This document shows, piece after piece, positions 18,656 to 27,980 of a stretch of 64,000 bases of DNA. The notes beneath the pieces are model-generated. The model worked only from the letters and a program-made list of their open reading frames with translations. It was not told the DNA's origin and made no database searches. The position numbers and the translations under genes are program-made. The stretch comes from Eubacteriales bacterium (lineage in GTDB: Bacteria; Bacillota; Clostridia; Oscillospirales; CAG-272), in NCBI GenBank assembly GCA_045531965.1, contig JAZSFA010000078.1, positions 1,091-65,090 of the forward strand. The letters run 5' to 3'. Positions within the stretch are counted from its first letter, which is position 1, and each line of letters begins with the position of its first letter.

Positions 18656-19501
18656 ATGATCTTTATAAAAATTCTATTAGTTGCTCTTGGATTTTATCTT
18701 ACCATCATTGGCGTGGTCGGTATTTTTGATTATGCCATGATGGGGAGATTTGAAATAGGGCCCCTGCTTTGCATCATATTCGGCGTTGCCGCTGTGGCAT
18801 TGGTCATTCTGTGGGGAAAGCTTCAAAAAAGATCCAAAAAGAATCTTCAGGAACGTCAGGTCCAACCGATTGACCGCATGGAGCTGATGGATAAGCTCAC
18901 CCGCCGTGCCAAACTCAGTTTGCCCACGTTGATTGCAGGTATCTTATGCGGTGTATTGTCGCCTGCCTCTATGATACTTATGAATTTAGAAATGATTGAA
19001 ACAGGGTCATGGTTGATTTTCGTTTTCATGGGATTTATGGTAGCCATGATCGTGCTGCTCGTCCTTTATGCCAATCGCTTTGGACCTTGCGCCGCTTGTT
19101 TGAATATGTTGAAGGCACAAGGTCGGTCTTTGGAGTCCTGTCTCGCCGGCATAGAAACCGCTCCCCTGCTTCCTACGGGTCAGATCATCTGCGGAGAGAA
19201 CGCCATGTATTTCAAAAAATACAATATGGTACTCCCTTATGACATGGTTGGCTGGATCTACAAGAAAAATTATTCTGTCTACGGTGTGGGCGTTGGTTCA
19301 AACATTGTAATCCACACATTGAACAAAAAGATGTTTGAACTTCATATGCGAGATGAAGAGCTTCAATGGCTTTTGTCGAATCGCGGAGAAAAGTTTTCCA
19401 AGGACATGGTCATTGGATATGGCAACCGTCAGAATGCCGCTTATAAAATCATGACAAAGCGTTACAAAGAAAACTTGAAGCAGCAAAACAATCGCCTGTA
19501 A
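18656..19501 (+). CDS. Hypothetical membrane protein (about 4 TM) with a C-terminal soluble, possibly bacterial-PH-like domain
   Basis: SD GAGG. Two N-terminal and two central hydrophobic helices. The C-terminal GENAMYFKKYNMVLPYDMVGWIYKK...VIHTLNKKMFEL is reminiscent of YokE-like PH domains (weak). Confidence 0.5.
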   Translation: MIFIKILLVALGFYLTIIGVVGIFDYAMMGRFEIGPLLCIIFGVAAVALVILWGKLQKRSKKNLQERQVQPIDRMELMDKLTRRAKLSLPTLIAGILCGVLSPASMILMNLEMIETGSWLIFVFMGFMVAMIVLLVLYANRFGPCAACLNMLKAQGRSLESCLAGIETAPLLPTGQIICGENAMYFKKYNMVLPYDMVGWIYKKNYSVYGVGVGSNIVIHTLNKKMFELHMRDEELQWLLSNRGEKFSKDMVIGYGNRQNAAYKIMTKRYKENLKQQNNRL

Positions 19502-19515
19502 TTTTTCAAAAAGCA

Positions 19516-19546
19516 CAAAAACCTCGGAGAAATCCGAGGTTTTTGT
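19516..19546. terminator. Bidirectional intrinsic terminator between convergent genes
   Basis: AAAAACCTCGGA/TCCGAGGTTTTT with A-run and T-run flanks. Confidence 0.85.
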
Positions 19547-19619
19547 CATTATGTCAACCAGATCGTTATTTACTTTATGATGGGTGATCTTGGGACTGCA
19601 TAAATCTTATTTCTTCAAT

Positions 19620-20351
19620 TTATTCTTTGGTCCAGTGAATATTTACGCCCTCATTAAGACCGTCTGCCCATTTTTCGCTCCAATTCTCGCCGGGAGCAGA
19701 CACACCAAAGTATATATCGGTCATATTATTTCCGTTAAACACCCACGAACCCATCTTTTCAACAGAGGCAGGGATTGTAATAGTTTTAAGACTTGTGCAG
19801 TTTTCAAATGCAGAGCCTGAAATTTCCTTTAAATTCATGCCGAGGGTAACAGTTTCAAGTGCAGTGCAATCTTCAAAAGCACTTGCGTAAATGTACTTGG
19901 TAGCATCATCAATTACAACAGTTTTAAGGCTTGTGCAACCTTCAAATGCACTTACGCCTATGGTGACAACATTCTTTCCTAGATTCACGCTCGTGAGAGA
20001 GGTCTGATTTTCAAAGGCATCATCGGAAATAAGTGTTACGCTGTCGGGAATAACAACAGAAGTAAGCTTGTAATCACTCTTGAATGCACCATAGCCAATC
20101 TCAACTATGGGAAGTCCGTTATGTTCAGAGGGGATAACAACATCACCGCCCTTGTAACTTGCACCAACTCTGTAAAGTCTGTATCCCGACTCGTCGTATG
20201 TAAGTTTGAAAAGGAATTCATATTCAGAGTTGCAGATATCACAAATGCCATCTTCATTATCGTCAACGTGGTTAGCACATTCCTTATTGCAAGATACAAG
20301 AAGGGTTACGCACATAATGGCGCAAATTAAAATTGCAAAAATTTTTTTCAC
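19620..20351 (-). CDS. BspA-type leucine-rich-repeat surface lipoprotein
   Basis: GTG start after GAAGGAGA. Lipobox LLVSC|NK. Repeated units AFE(N/G/D)C(T)SL(K/E)T(V/I) are typical of the LRR_5/BspA family. Confidence 0.85.
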   Translation of the reverse strand: MKKIFAILICAIMCVTLLVSCNKECANHVDDNEDGICDICNSEYEFLFKLTYDESGYRLYRVGASYKGGDVVIPSEHNGLPIVEIGYGAFKSDYKLTSVVIPDSVTLISDDAFENQTSLTSVNLGKNVVTIGVSAFEGCTSLKTVVIDDATKYIYASAFEDCTALETVTLGMNLKEISGSAFENCTSLKTITIPASVEKMGSWVFNGNNMTDIYFGVSAPGENWSEKWADGLNEGVNIHWTKE

Positions 20352-20486
20352 GGTGTTTTTTCTCCTTCTAATCTGTACTAATTAAATCAACTTATTTATT
20401 ATACCATATAACCGGAGGCTTGTAAAGATTTAGTGACAAACTTAATATAGAAAAATTACATACGCTATCAATAAACCACCGGTTTA

Positions 20487-20515
20487 TTGACATTTCCCCA
20501 TCCCCTGCGTACAAT
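20487..20515 (+). promoter_or_regulatory. Sigma-A type promoter for rtcB, overlapped by a 10-bp perfect palindrome
   Basis: TTGACA, 17-nt spacer, TACAAT. The palindrome TCAATAAACC-acc-GGTTTATTGA (20468-20490) overlaps the -35. Confidence 0.6.
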
Positions 20516-20629
20516 TAGTGTGAAATAACCGCCCGAAAGGAGTGATCATCATGTCTGCGATCTGTAGAATGAATCTTCATCACGTACAATTCAACCATCC
20601 ATATCAACAAAAAACAGTAAGGAGACTGT

Positions 20630-21883
20630 ATGATCGAAATTCAAACCAAAAAGAACACGGTGAAGGTGTTCACCGATCAGTTAGATAAACCCACCAGGCA
20701 GCAGATCGCCGCCACCGCCCGCGATCCCGCCTATGCCGACGCAAAAATACGGGTCATGCCCGACACCCACGCGGGGCGGGGATGCGTCATCGGTATGACT
20801 ATGACCCTGCAGGGACGTGTATCCCCTTCCCTTGTGGGGGTAGACATCGGCTGTGGCATGGAGGTAGTCAGACTGGAAGAATCCGCGGTGGATCTTCCCA
20901 CATTGGACGCCTTTATCCACGAGCAGATCCCTGCAGGAAAGCGCATTCATGACCAAAAACAAGCAACTTCCCTTCCCTTGCATGACCTATGCTGTTTTTC
21001 AGCCATAGATCTTGACCGTGTCCATCGTAGCCTCGGTACGTTAGGCGGTGGTAACCACTTTATTGAAATTGACCGTTCGCTTGACGGTTCCCTTTACCTT
21101 GTCATCCATTCGGGCTCACGTTCTCTTGGTGCGGCAGTAGCCAACCATTACCGCAATGAGGCATACAAGTATCATCTCAAAAAAGCAAGAAAAGCGGCAA
21201 GGGTAAATATCCTTGACCGTTGGGACATGGAAACAGATGGCTATGATCTGTCCCGTTTTGGCGTGGATGCCTATGGCGATGATCCCCGCGCCTTTGCGCG
21301 TCCTACCAAGGCCTCCCGTCGAGATGACCAAAGCAAACTGCCGGTCAAATGGGAAACCGCCCCCTGTGAGGGCAAGCTCTTTGAGGACTATCTTCATGAC
21401 CTTGCCATCGCTGTAGACTTTGCCAAAGAAAGCCGCCGCCGTATGGCCGAGCATATCTGCGAGGGTTTGGGACTTCACCCCTCTGAGCAATTTTCATGCG
21501 TCCATAACTATATCGATGAGCACCGTATCCTCCGCAAAGGTGCTATTTCCGCCCGCCAAGGAGAGCGCGTGTTTATCCCATTGAATATGCGGGACGGCGC
21601 TCTGATCGGGCGGGGTTTGGGCAATCCCGACTGGAACTTCTCTGCCCCCCACGGAGCCGGAAGAGCCTGTAGCCGTACCGATGCCAAACACGCATACGAC
21701 GTGGAGACCTACCAAGCGGTGATGGAAGCGGCAGGTGTGTATACCACCACCGCCACAAAGGATACTTTGGATGAATGTCCCATGGCATACAAATCCGAAG
21801 ATCGAATTCTGCCATATCTTTCAGAATGCGTAAACGTGGAGTCTCACGTAAGACCTATCTATAATTTCAAAGCCGCAGACTAA
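20630..21883 (+). CDS. rtcB: RNA-splicing ligase RtcB family protein
   Basis: MPDTHAGRGC, DIGCGM, GGGNHFIE, HSGSR and PHGAGR motifs. SD AAGGAGA. Confidence 0.93.
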   Translation: MIEIQTKKNTVKVFTDQLDKPTRQQIAATARDPAYADAKIRVMPDTHAGRGCVIGMTMTLQGRVSPSLVGVDIGCGMEVVRLEESAVDLPTLDAFIHEQIPAGKRIHDQKQATSLPLHDLCCFSAIDLDRVHRSLGTLGGGNHFIEIDRSLDGSLYLVIHSGSRSLGAAVANHYRNEAYKYHLKKARKAARVNILDRWDMETDGYDLSRFGVDAYGDDPRAFARPTKASRRDDQSKLPVKWETAPCEGKLFEDYLHDLAIAVDFAKESRRRMAEHICEGLGLHPSEQFSCVHNYIDEHRILRKGAISARQGERVFIPLNMRDGALIGRGLGNPDWNFSAPHGAGRACSRTDAKHAYDVETYQAVMEAAGVYTTTATKDTLDECPMAYKSEDRILPYLSECVNVESHVRPIYNFKAAD

Positions 21884-21923
21884 AAACCGCCCATGTCAAA
21901 TGATTTGACGTGGGCGGTTTTCT
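21883..21923. terminator. Bidirectional intrinsic terminator
   Basis: AAAACCGCCCATGTCAAA / TTTGACGTGGGCGGTTTT. Confidence 0.85.
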
Positions 21924-21937
21924 CTGATCACGTTGGT

Positions 21938-22300
21938 TTAGTAAGCAATGGTTGTCATCAGCGCGTACTCAGGTTGAGAAACATCCAAGCGGGAGCATTG
22001 CACCACGATGGGTCTGTCAGACTCCACCAAGATGGCATAGGGCTTATTGCGCGGGATAGTCTTACCCTCGACGTTTACAGCTTTGTCCAAACGGATATGA
22101 TTGGTGCGCTCATGAGCACACTCGGCATGAATCCCACGCAGAGGTTCGGCATCCTCAAAATACAGGGTAATGCTGATGTGTGCGGTCTCACCCGACAGAT
22201 TCAACACGCAAACAGCTTCGTGACTGACAAATTCACCCTTAGTGGTGTCACTCATATAGCCATCGGCAATCAGCCAAACGTTCTTTCCCAAAACAGACAT
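21938..22300 (-). CDS. Sensory-rhodopsin-transducer (ASRT) family protein
   Basis: 120 aa. WLIADGYM, FVSHEAVCVLN, AHISITLYF, IVVQCSRLD and ALMTTIAY parallel the Anabaena ASRT sequence almost block for block (recalled alignment). Confidence 0.8.
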   Translation of the reverse strand: MSVLGKNVWLIADGYMSDTTKGEFVSHEAVCVLNLSGETAHISITLYFEDAEPLRGIHAECAHERTNHIRLDKAVNVEGKTIPRNKPYAILVESDRPIVVQCSRLDVSQPEYALMTTIAY

Positions 22301-22472
22301 GTTTTTTCCTCCCGAAAACTTTTATTGTCCCCAGTATACCATATTTGGGCCGATAAGTCAAGGGCATGGTTCATGGACATATTGGCTTTTTTAATAAAAA
22401 AACCGATATGTGACAAAAGTCGGAACGAACTTTGAAACGAATGCAAATATTGGTTTTTTTCAAAAAGTCATA

Positions 22473-22501
22473 TTGACATGTTCACAATGATATGCTATAA
22501 T
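22473..22501 (+). promoter_or_regulatory. Sigma-A type promoter for the P-type ATPase gene
   Basis: TTGACA, 17-nt spacer, TGcTATAAT. Confidence 0.7.
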
Positions 22502-22542
22502 AACGATACTATGCAATCAAATGAACGCAAGGAGGCGTAAAA

Positions 22543-25191
22543 TTGTCACATCACCATCAATCCAAGGAAGACATACTTCAGCAGTTGGATACCGAGCCTG
22601 CCGCCGGTCTGTCTTCCTCTGCCGTAAAAGAACGACAGGAAAAGTACGGTCAAAATAAGCTGCGGGAGAAAAAGAAAAAGACAACTTTTCAAAGATTCCT
22701 TGATCAATTCAAGGATGCTATGATCATCATTCTGATCGCCGCCGCCATATTATCTTTTGTCCTCGTCTGTGTTGAGCAGAACTGGGGCGAGCTTTTTGAA
22801 CCTGCATTGATCCTTCTGATCGTCATTCTCAACGCCATCATGGGTGTTTATCAGGAAGGAAAAGCTGAAAAGGCGTTGGATGCCTTAAAGAATATGTCTG
22901 CTCCCCATGCACGGGTCATCCGTGATGGGAAGGAACAGGTGATTGATGCCGCAGAGCTTGTGCCCGGTGACATCATCAAGCTTGAAGCAGGAGATTTCGT
23001 TCCCGCGGATGCCCGTTTGCTGCAAAGCACCAGTCTCAAGAGCGAAGAATCCGCGCTGACAGGCGAATCCGTTCCCTCCGAAAAGGATGCGGAAGCGGTA
23101 GTTGATGAAAAAGCACCTATTGGCGATCGTTCCAACATGGTATTTACTGGATGCAGCATTACCTATGGTACAGCTGTCGCCGTTGTGACCGCCACAGGTA
23201 TGGATACCGAGATGGGTAAGATCGCAGGTCTTCTGGAAGGTGAAGGCGACACCCAGACCCCCCTTCAAAAAAAGCTGGCACAGCTGGGTAAATATCTTGG
23301 TATCGTAGCGCTCGCCGCCTGCGCGGTCATCTTTGCCGTTGGTATTATCAGTAATCTCTCCAAAGGCGCCGAGGATATGAAGCACGTGATCATGGATTTG
23401 ATTATGACTTCTGTATCTTTGGCAGTATCTGCCATTCCCGAAGGGCTTCCCGCCATCGTAACTATTGTTCTTTCCATTGGTGTCCAGCGCATGGTCAAGA
23501 AAAACGCGCTCATCCGCCGTCTTCCCGCTGTAGAGACCTTGGGTTCTGCTTCCATTATCTGCTCTGACAAAACAGGTACACTGACCCAAAACCGTATGAC
23601 TCTGGTGAAAGCCTATACAGATGGCAGCGCAGAGACAGAAGACATTTCGTCTGAAAATTCAGAAAAAATCAAAAAGCTTTTGGCATGGGGAACTCTTTGC
23701 TGTGACGGTTCCGTCGTATTTGACGAAAACGGAAAAGAACAACACATAGGAGATCCCACAGAAACCGCCATTGTCTTGGCTGCCTATAAAAACGGTTTCC
23801 CCAAAGACACGCTGAACAATCAGTACCCTCGTTTGGGGGGCATTCCCTTTGATTCTGACAGAAAGCTTATGTCTACCATCAATGACATTGACGGAGAAAA
23901 GATCGTCATTGTTAAGGGCGCTTTTGATATGCTGGCAGCACGTTGCGTGGCAGGAGACTTGGATACTGCCAAGCGACTGACCGAAGAAATGAGCGCTTCC
24001 GCGCTCCGCGTACTGGCGGTTGCATATAAGAAAATCAGCGACATTCCTGCCGAACTGACTTCTGAGAATCTGGAGAACGGTTTGACCTTCATGGGACTTG
24101 TGGGTATGATCGACCCGCCTCGTCCGGAATGCAAGGTGGCTGTGGCAACCTGCCGCCGTGCCGGTATCAAGCCTGTTATGATCACAGGCGATCACGTAGT
24201 TACGGCTACAGCAATTGCCCGAGAGTTGGGTATCTTTGTGGAAGGTGACCGCGCTATCACCGGTACCGAGCTGGATGCTATGAGCGAAGAAGAATTGGAC
24301 GCAAGCGTTGAGCATATCTCTGTTTATGCCCGCGTATCCCCCGAAAACAAGATCCGAATCGTCAAAGCTTGGCAACGCAAGGGGCAAGTGGTCTCTATGA
24401 CAGGCGATGGTGTCAACGATGCCCCCGCGCTGAAGGCTGCCGATATTGGTTGTGCCATGGGTATCACAGGAACCGACGTCGCCAAATCCGCTGCAGACAT
24501 GACCCTCACCGACGATAATTTCTCTACCATTGTGGATGCTGTTCAAGAAGGGCGCGGTATTTATGCCAACATTAAAAAGGTGGTTGGCTTCCTGCTGGGA
24601 ACCAACATTGGCGAAGTAATCACCGTTTTCGTTGCCATGCTCATCTGGCAGCAATCTCCCCTGCTATCCATGCAACTTTTGTGGATTAACCTGGTGACTG
24701 ACTCTCTCCCCGCTATTGCCTTGGGTATGGAGCCTGTGGAAAAGGATGTCATGGACCATATGCCCAAGCCCAAGGATGAAGGTTTGTTCGCCGGTGGGTT
24801 GGGTATCCGAGTGATCTTGCAAGGCGTCATGTTCGCCGCGCTGTCTTTGGTTGGCTTCTGGCTGGGTCAGACTATGGGCGGAAGTCTGGATGCGGGACGC
24901 ACCATGGCTTTCATGGTTCTCGCGCTTTCTCAGGTCATCCAAGCCTTTAATATGCGCTCGGATAAGTCCATCTTCAAAATTGGTCCCTTCGGAAACGGCA
25001 AACTCAATCTGGCTTCACTGGCTTCCATTCTGCTGGTTGCTTTTGTGTTGTTCGTCCCCGGCGTTCAGACCGCTTTTGGACTGGTGTACCTGCCGACACA
25101 CCTGTATCTCATCGCGCTTGGTATGATTTTTATTCCTACAGTCATCATGGAAATCTGCAAACTGGTAGGTCTCATTAAGCATAAACACTAA
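22543..25191 (+). CDS. Calcium-translocating P-type ATPase (type IIA, SERCA/PMCA-like)
   Basis: TTG start after AAGGAGG. CSDKTGTLTQNRM, MITGDH and TGDGVNDAPALKAADIG motifs. N-terminal cation-ATPase domain (LSSSAVKERQEKYGQNKL). 10 TM by eye. Confidence 0.92.
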   Translation: MSHHHQSKEDILQQLDTEPAAGLSSSAVKERQEKYGQNKLREKKKKTTFQRFLDQFKDAMIIILIAAAILSFVLVCVEQNWGELFEPALILLIVILNAIMGVYQEGKAEKALDALKNMSAPHARVIRDGKEQVIDAAELVPGDIIKLEAGDFVPADARLLQSTSLKSEESALTGESVPSEKDAEAVVDEKAPIGDRSNMVFTGCSITYGTAVAVVTATGMDTEMGKIAGLLEGEGDTQTPLQKKLAQLGKYLGIVALAACAVIFAVGIISNLSKGAEDMKHVIMDLIMTSVSLAVSAIPEGLPAIVTIVLSIGVQRMVKKNALIRRLPAVETLGSASIICSDKTGTLTQNRMTLVKAYTDGSAETEDISSENSEKIKKLLAWGTLCCDGSVVFDENGKEQHIGDPTETAIVLAAYKNGFPKDTLNNQYPRLGGIPFDSDRKLMSTINDIDGEKIVIVKGAFDMLAARCVAGDLDTAKRLTEEMSASALRVLAVAYKKISDIPAELTSENLENGLTFMGLVGMIDPPRPECKVAVATCRRAGIKPVMITGDHVVTATAIARELGIFVEGDRAITGTELDAMSEEELDASVEHISVYARVSPENKIRIVKAWQRKGQVVSMTGDGVNDAPALKAADIGCAMGITGTDVAKSAADMTLTDDNFSTIVDAVQEGRGIYANIKKVVGFLLGTNIGEVITVFVAMLIWQQSPLLSMQLLWINLVTDSLPAIALGMEPVEKDVMDHMPKPKDEGLFAGGLGIRVILQGVMFAALSLVGFWLGQTMGGSLDAGRTMAFMVLALSQVIQAFNMRSDKSIFKIGPFGNGKLNLASLASILLVAFVLFVPGVQTAFGLVYLPTHLYLIALGMIFIPTVIMEICKLVGLIKHKH

Positions 25192-25201
25192 ATTTAAAAT
25201 A

Positions 25202-25227
25202 GGGATCGACTCGCATGAGTCGATCCC
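25202..25227. terminator. Hairpin between convergent genes (probable bidirectional terminator)
   Basis: GGGATCGACTC-gcat-GAGTCGATCCC, with T-rich sequence on both sides. Confidence 0.7.
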
Positions 25228-25236
25228 TTCTCTGTA

Positions 25237-26874
25237 TCAAGATTCCATCACCATCCATGCGCCTAAGGTGGTTTTTTCGCCTTCCTCCGGCATAACAATG
25301 ATCTTCTTTTCAAAAGCGTCCTTGATGGCCATGCTGCGGAGACCACAGATCTCCATGGCGGCTACGTAATCAAGCTGATCGGAGAGCAAGGGACTGTTGG
25401 ACTTTGCCAACTCGGCTTTGATTCCTTCAAAGATGACGGTCATGTTGGCAAGCAGCTCGCCAAATTTGGGGTGTCCCAAAATCAAGTTGCTAACCTTAGC
25501 ATTCTCACCGGATATAAACAGGATGAGATCGGCAGCGATTTTGCCGTTTTTGTCAACGTAGGCGAAACGGTCGTTCAAGCGGTTCCAGATGACCTTCTCC
25601 GCGTCAGTCAGAGAGTCCACGGTACGACCGCTTCGGATGGCCTCGCCCAAGAACAGGATGTCGTCACAATCCTGAGGTACGCCGCCGTTTGGCTTATCAA
25701 GTCCCCAGTTGTGAATGTGATAATTGGAAAAGGCTACGTTATCCCTTCCGCCGCCATTATGGCTGATGGCGGGAATATCCTCGGGAATATTAGCCCCCGA
25801 TTCATACCCCATGAATCCCCAGGATTCGCCGTTAGCACGAATTGTAGGATTGTAGATCCCATCACGCACGGGCAGATCGAAAATCGCTTTGTCCATCACG
25901 AAGGGAATGAACCACCAAAGAAACTTATTATCACTCATGTGAAGCGGCAGGACGCAATGCTTTTTTATCTCGGGTACGAGGTCGTCGATGAGGGCCTTGA
26001 TAAGGGTGAGGCGTTCTTCCCTGCCCTTACACTTGACGCGGTAGCACTCCTCTTGGGTGGTCTTGTCCAGGATCACAAAATCGGTGATGTAGCGATCTCC
26101 CACACGGCGCAAAAGGGTGGCATGCTCCAAGAGGGCAATCTCCTCCTCCATGTAGGGCATGGCTATCCCCAGCGCGATGGCCAACTCCTCGGCGGTGGAG
26201 GGGTTATTGCTGGCCTCCAGCAGGATATTCTTGGGGACGCTTCTCTGTACTGCCGACCAAGGCAATCCCGAGGGTTGGTTGCCGCTGGCGGCAAATCCCA
26301 CGTTTTCGGGTCGGTAGCTTCTTTTCCCAAATTCTCTTGCCATATTCATACCTTCTTTCAATAGTTTTCTGGCACGGAACAGCTTGGCTTTCACCGTGCC
26401 TTCGGGGAGTCCGAGAGACTTTGCGATATCCTGCACCCTTCTGTCCTCGATGTAGAAGGCCACCACTACCTGACGGTAGTCAGCCGAAATGAAGGCCAAC
26501 TCGCGGCGCAGAAGGGAGAGATCTTCCGCGTGGATATAGGCCTCGGCGGGGGTGGGGGCATCGTCCGCGAGATCAAGATCATGAGGATCGTCCAAGGCGG
26601 TATGCTCGCGGTGTCGGCGCTTTTTGCCGACCCACAGGGCATAGCGGTTGCGGGCGATCTGCCACACCCAGCCGTGGAGACAGTCCGGATCCGTCCCATG
26701 GGCTATGGCTTGCATGAGGTTCAGCATGATATCCGCGGTCAGATCCTCGGCTTCGTGCTGATTCCCTGTTTTTCGGAGGCAGAAGTAGAAGATCTTTTCC
26801 ATGTAGGCCTCGGCAACGTCTTGCATAAGGCTGTGATTTCTTGGTTCATTCAATGGGTCTCTCACTCCCTTCAT
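25237..26874 (-). CDS. ECF-type sigma-70 family factor with a C-terminal extension of about 360 aa
   Basis: Region 2 (EDLTADIMLNLMQAI...WVWQIARNRYALW) and region 4 (QDIAKSLGLPEGTVKAKLFRARKLLKE) lie in the first 175 aa or so. The remaining 370 aa or so have no TM helix and no recognised family. Confidence 0.8.
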   Translation of the reverse strand: MKGVRDPLNEPRNHSLMQDVAEAYMEKIFYFCLRKTGNQHEAEDLTADIMLNLMQAIAHGTDPDCLHGWVWQIARNRYALWVGKKRRHREHTALDDPHDLDLADDAPTPAEAYIHAEDLSLLRRELAFISADYRQVVVAFYIEDRRVQDIAKSLGLPEGTVKAKLFRARKLLKEGMNMAREFGKRSYRPENVGFAASGNQPSGLPWSAVQRSVPKNILLEASNNPSTAEELAIALGIAMPYMEEEIALLEHATLLRRVGDRYITDFVILDKTTQEECYRVKCKGREERLTLIKALIDDLVPEIKKHCVLPLHMSDNKFLWWFIPFVMDKAIFDLPVRDGIYNPTIRANGESWGFMGYESGANIPEDIPAISHNGGGRDNVAFSNYHIHNWGLDKPNGGVPQDCDDILFLGEAIRSGRTVDSLTDAEKVIWNRLNDRFAYVDKNGKIAADLILFISGENAKVSNLILGHPKFGELLANMTVIFEGIKAELAKSNSPLLSDQLDYVAAMEICGLRSMAIKDAFEKKIIVMPEEGEKTTLGAWMVMES

Positions 26875-26970
26875 CGGTATAGTGTGGATATGGAGAATTT
26901 GGTTGCAATATTTTTCAGTATTTTGTGGAAAACAAGCCCGGCGGATCGCTTCTGACCCGTCGGGCGATTT

Positions 26971-27867
26971 TCATTCATACAAATACCGGCAGGATAGCGT
27001 TGCCCGAATGACTTCTCCCGCGAAAGCAGAGGCCGGGTTTTCGCTCAATTCTTTTACCATACGGATCATCTGCTCGGCGGAGTCTTCGTTGTAAAAACGG
27101 ATGGGGAGCCGTCGAGCGTCCAAAAACTCACGAAGACACACACCCTCCAAGTCGCACAGCCCGCGGAGATGACACTCGTCAAGGTAGAAGGAATAATTCA
27201 CGCCAAAGCCCATAGCTTTGCAGAAAAACATCCCTGCGCGGCCATTGTAGCTGTCGGTGATTTTCATTGTCCCGAGGGGATGGTGTCCCTTTGGTGTTAC
27301 AGTCAGGACCATCCAGATCGCCGTCAGCCCTGCCGCATCCAAAACCTCCGCTTGGGTTGCGGGAGGCACCGAAAGCCTTTCGGTAATAGCCAATAAACGA
27401 CCATTATACACCGCCTCAAGAACCAAAAAACCGTGATAACCACCGTTCGCTTCATACCAAGCGACGGTTCCCTTGGGCAGGTGCTTAATCTGATTGCAAG
27501 GCGAAATTCTCCGCTTTCGGGCTTTTGCTTTTGAAGTCTGCAAATCAATCCAAAACTTTTGGAGGTGAGCTTGTCTCTGCGTCAGTTCCGCCTCTGAAAA
27601 GCCAAGGGAACGGTAATATTCAATGTTCACGCCGCTGTCGATGATGTATCTCACCCGGTTCAAAATCTTCTCAGACTGCGCACATAAAATCCATTCCGCT
27701 TTGGCAATGGCGAGATACACGCAATCGGGAATCTCCCCCGTTTGCGTGTACAAAAGATGGGCCGTGATGGCAGATGGCTCCATGCCTGTGTCGTACAGAT
27801 CCATATATAGATCATACACCTGACAAAATTCGTCGGTCTCGGTGAGCTTCATTCCCCAAAATGCCAT
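26971..27867 (-). CDS. Hypothetical protein (N-terminus DUF4259-like)
   Basis: SD AAAGGAGGG. AFWGMKLTETDEFCQVYDLY and LAIAKAEWILCAQSEKILNRVRYIIDSG resemble DUF4259-type proteins (weak, from memory). Confidence 0.5.
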   Translation of the reverse strand: MAFWGMKLTETDEFCQVYDLYMDLYDTGMEPSAITAHLLYTQTGEIPDCVYLAIAKAEWILCAQSEKILNRVRYIIDSGVNIEYYRSLGFSEAELTQRQAHLQKFWIDLQTSKAKARKRRISPCNQIKHLPKGTVAWYEANGGYHGFLVLEAVYNGRLLAITERLSVPPATQAEVLDAAGLTAIWMVLTVTPKGHHPLGTMKITDSYNGRAGMFFCKAMGFGVNYSFYLDECHLRGLCDLEGVCLREFLDARRLPIRFYNEDSAEQMIRMVKELSENPASAFAGEVIRATLSCRYLYE

Positions 27868-27933
27868 AGTACGCCCTCCTTTCTCTACTCTGCCATGCGC
27901 TTTAATGCTTATTAAGGTTCTTAGAATGGGTCA

Positions 27934-27969
27934 AAGGGGGAGCCTTCTTTCAAGAAGGTTCCCCCTTTT
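27934..27969 (-). terminator. Strong hairpin downstream of the M29 aminopeptidase gene
   Basis: GGGGGAGCCTTCT/AGAAGGTTCCCCC, 13-bp stem. Short T tracts on both sides. Confidence 0.5.
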
Positions 27970-27980
27970 GCGTTCCCAGA

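Noticed and set aside
20551-20676. A 41-codon ORF upstream of and overlapping rtcB, considered as a real gene.
   Set aside because: It is too short and shows no sign of conservation that I can judge from the sequence. It has an SD, but it may simply be leader sequence. It is kept only as a note within the rtcB leader finding.
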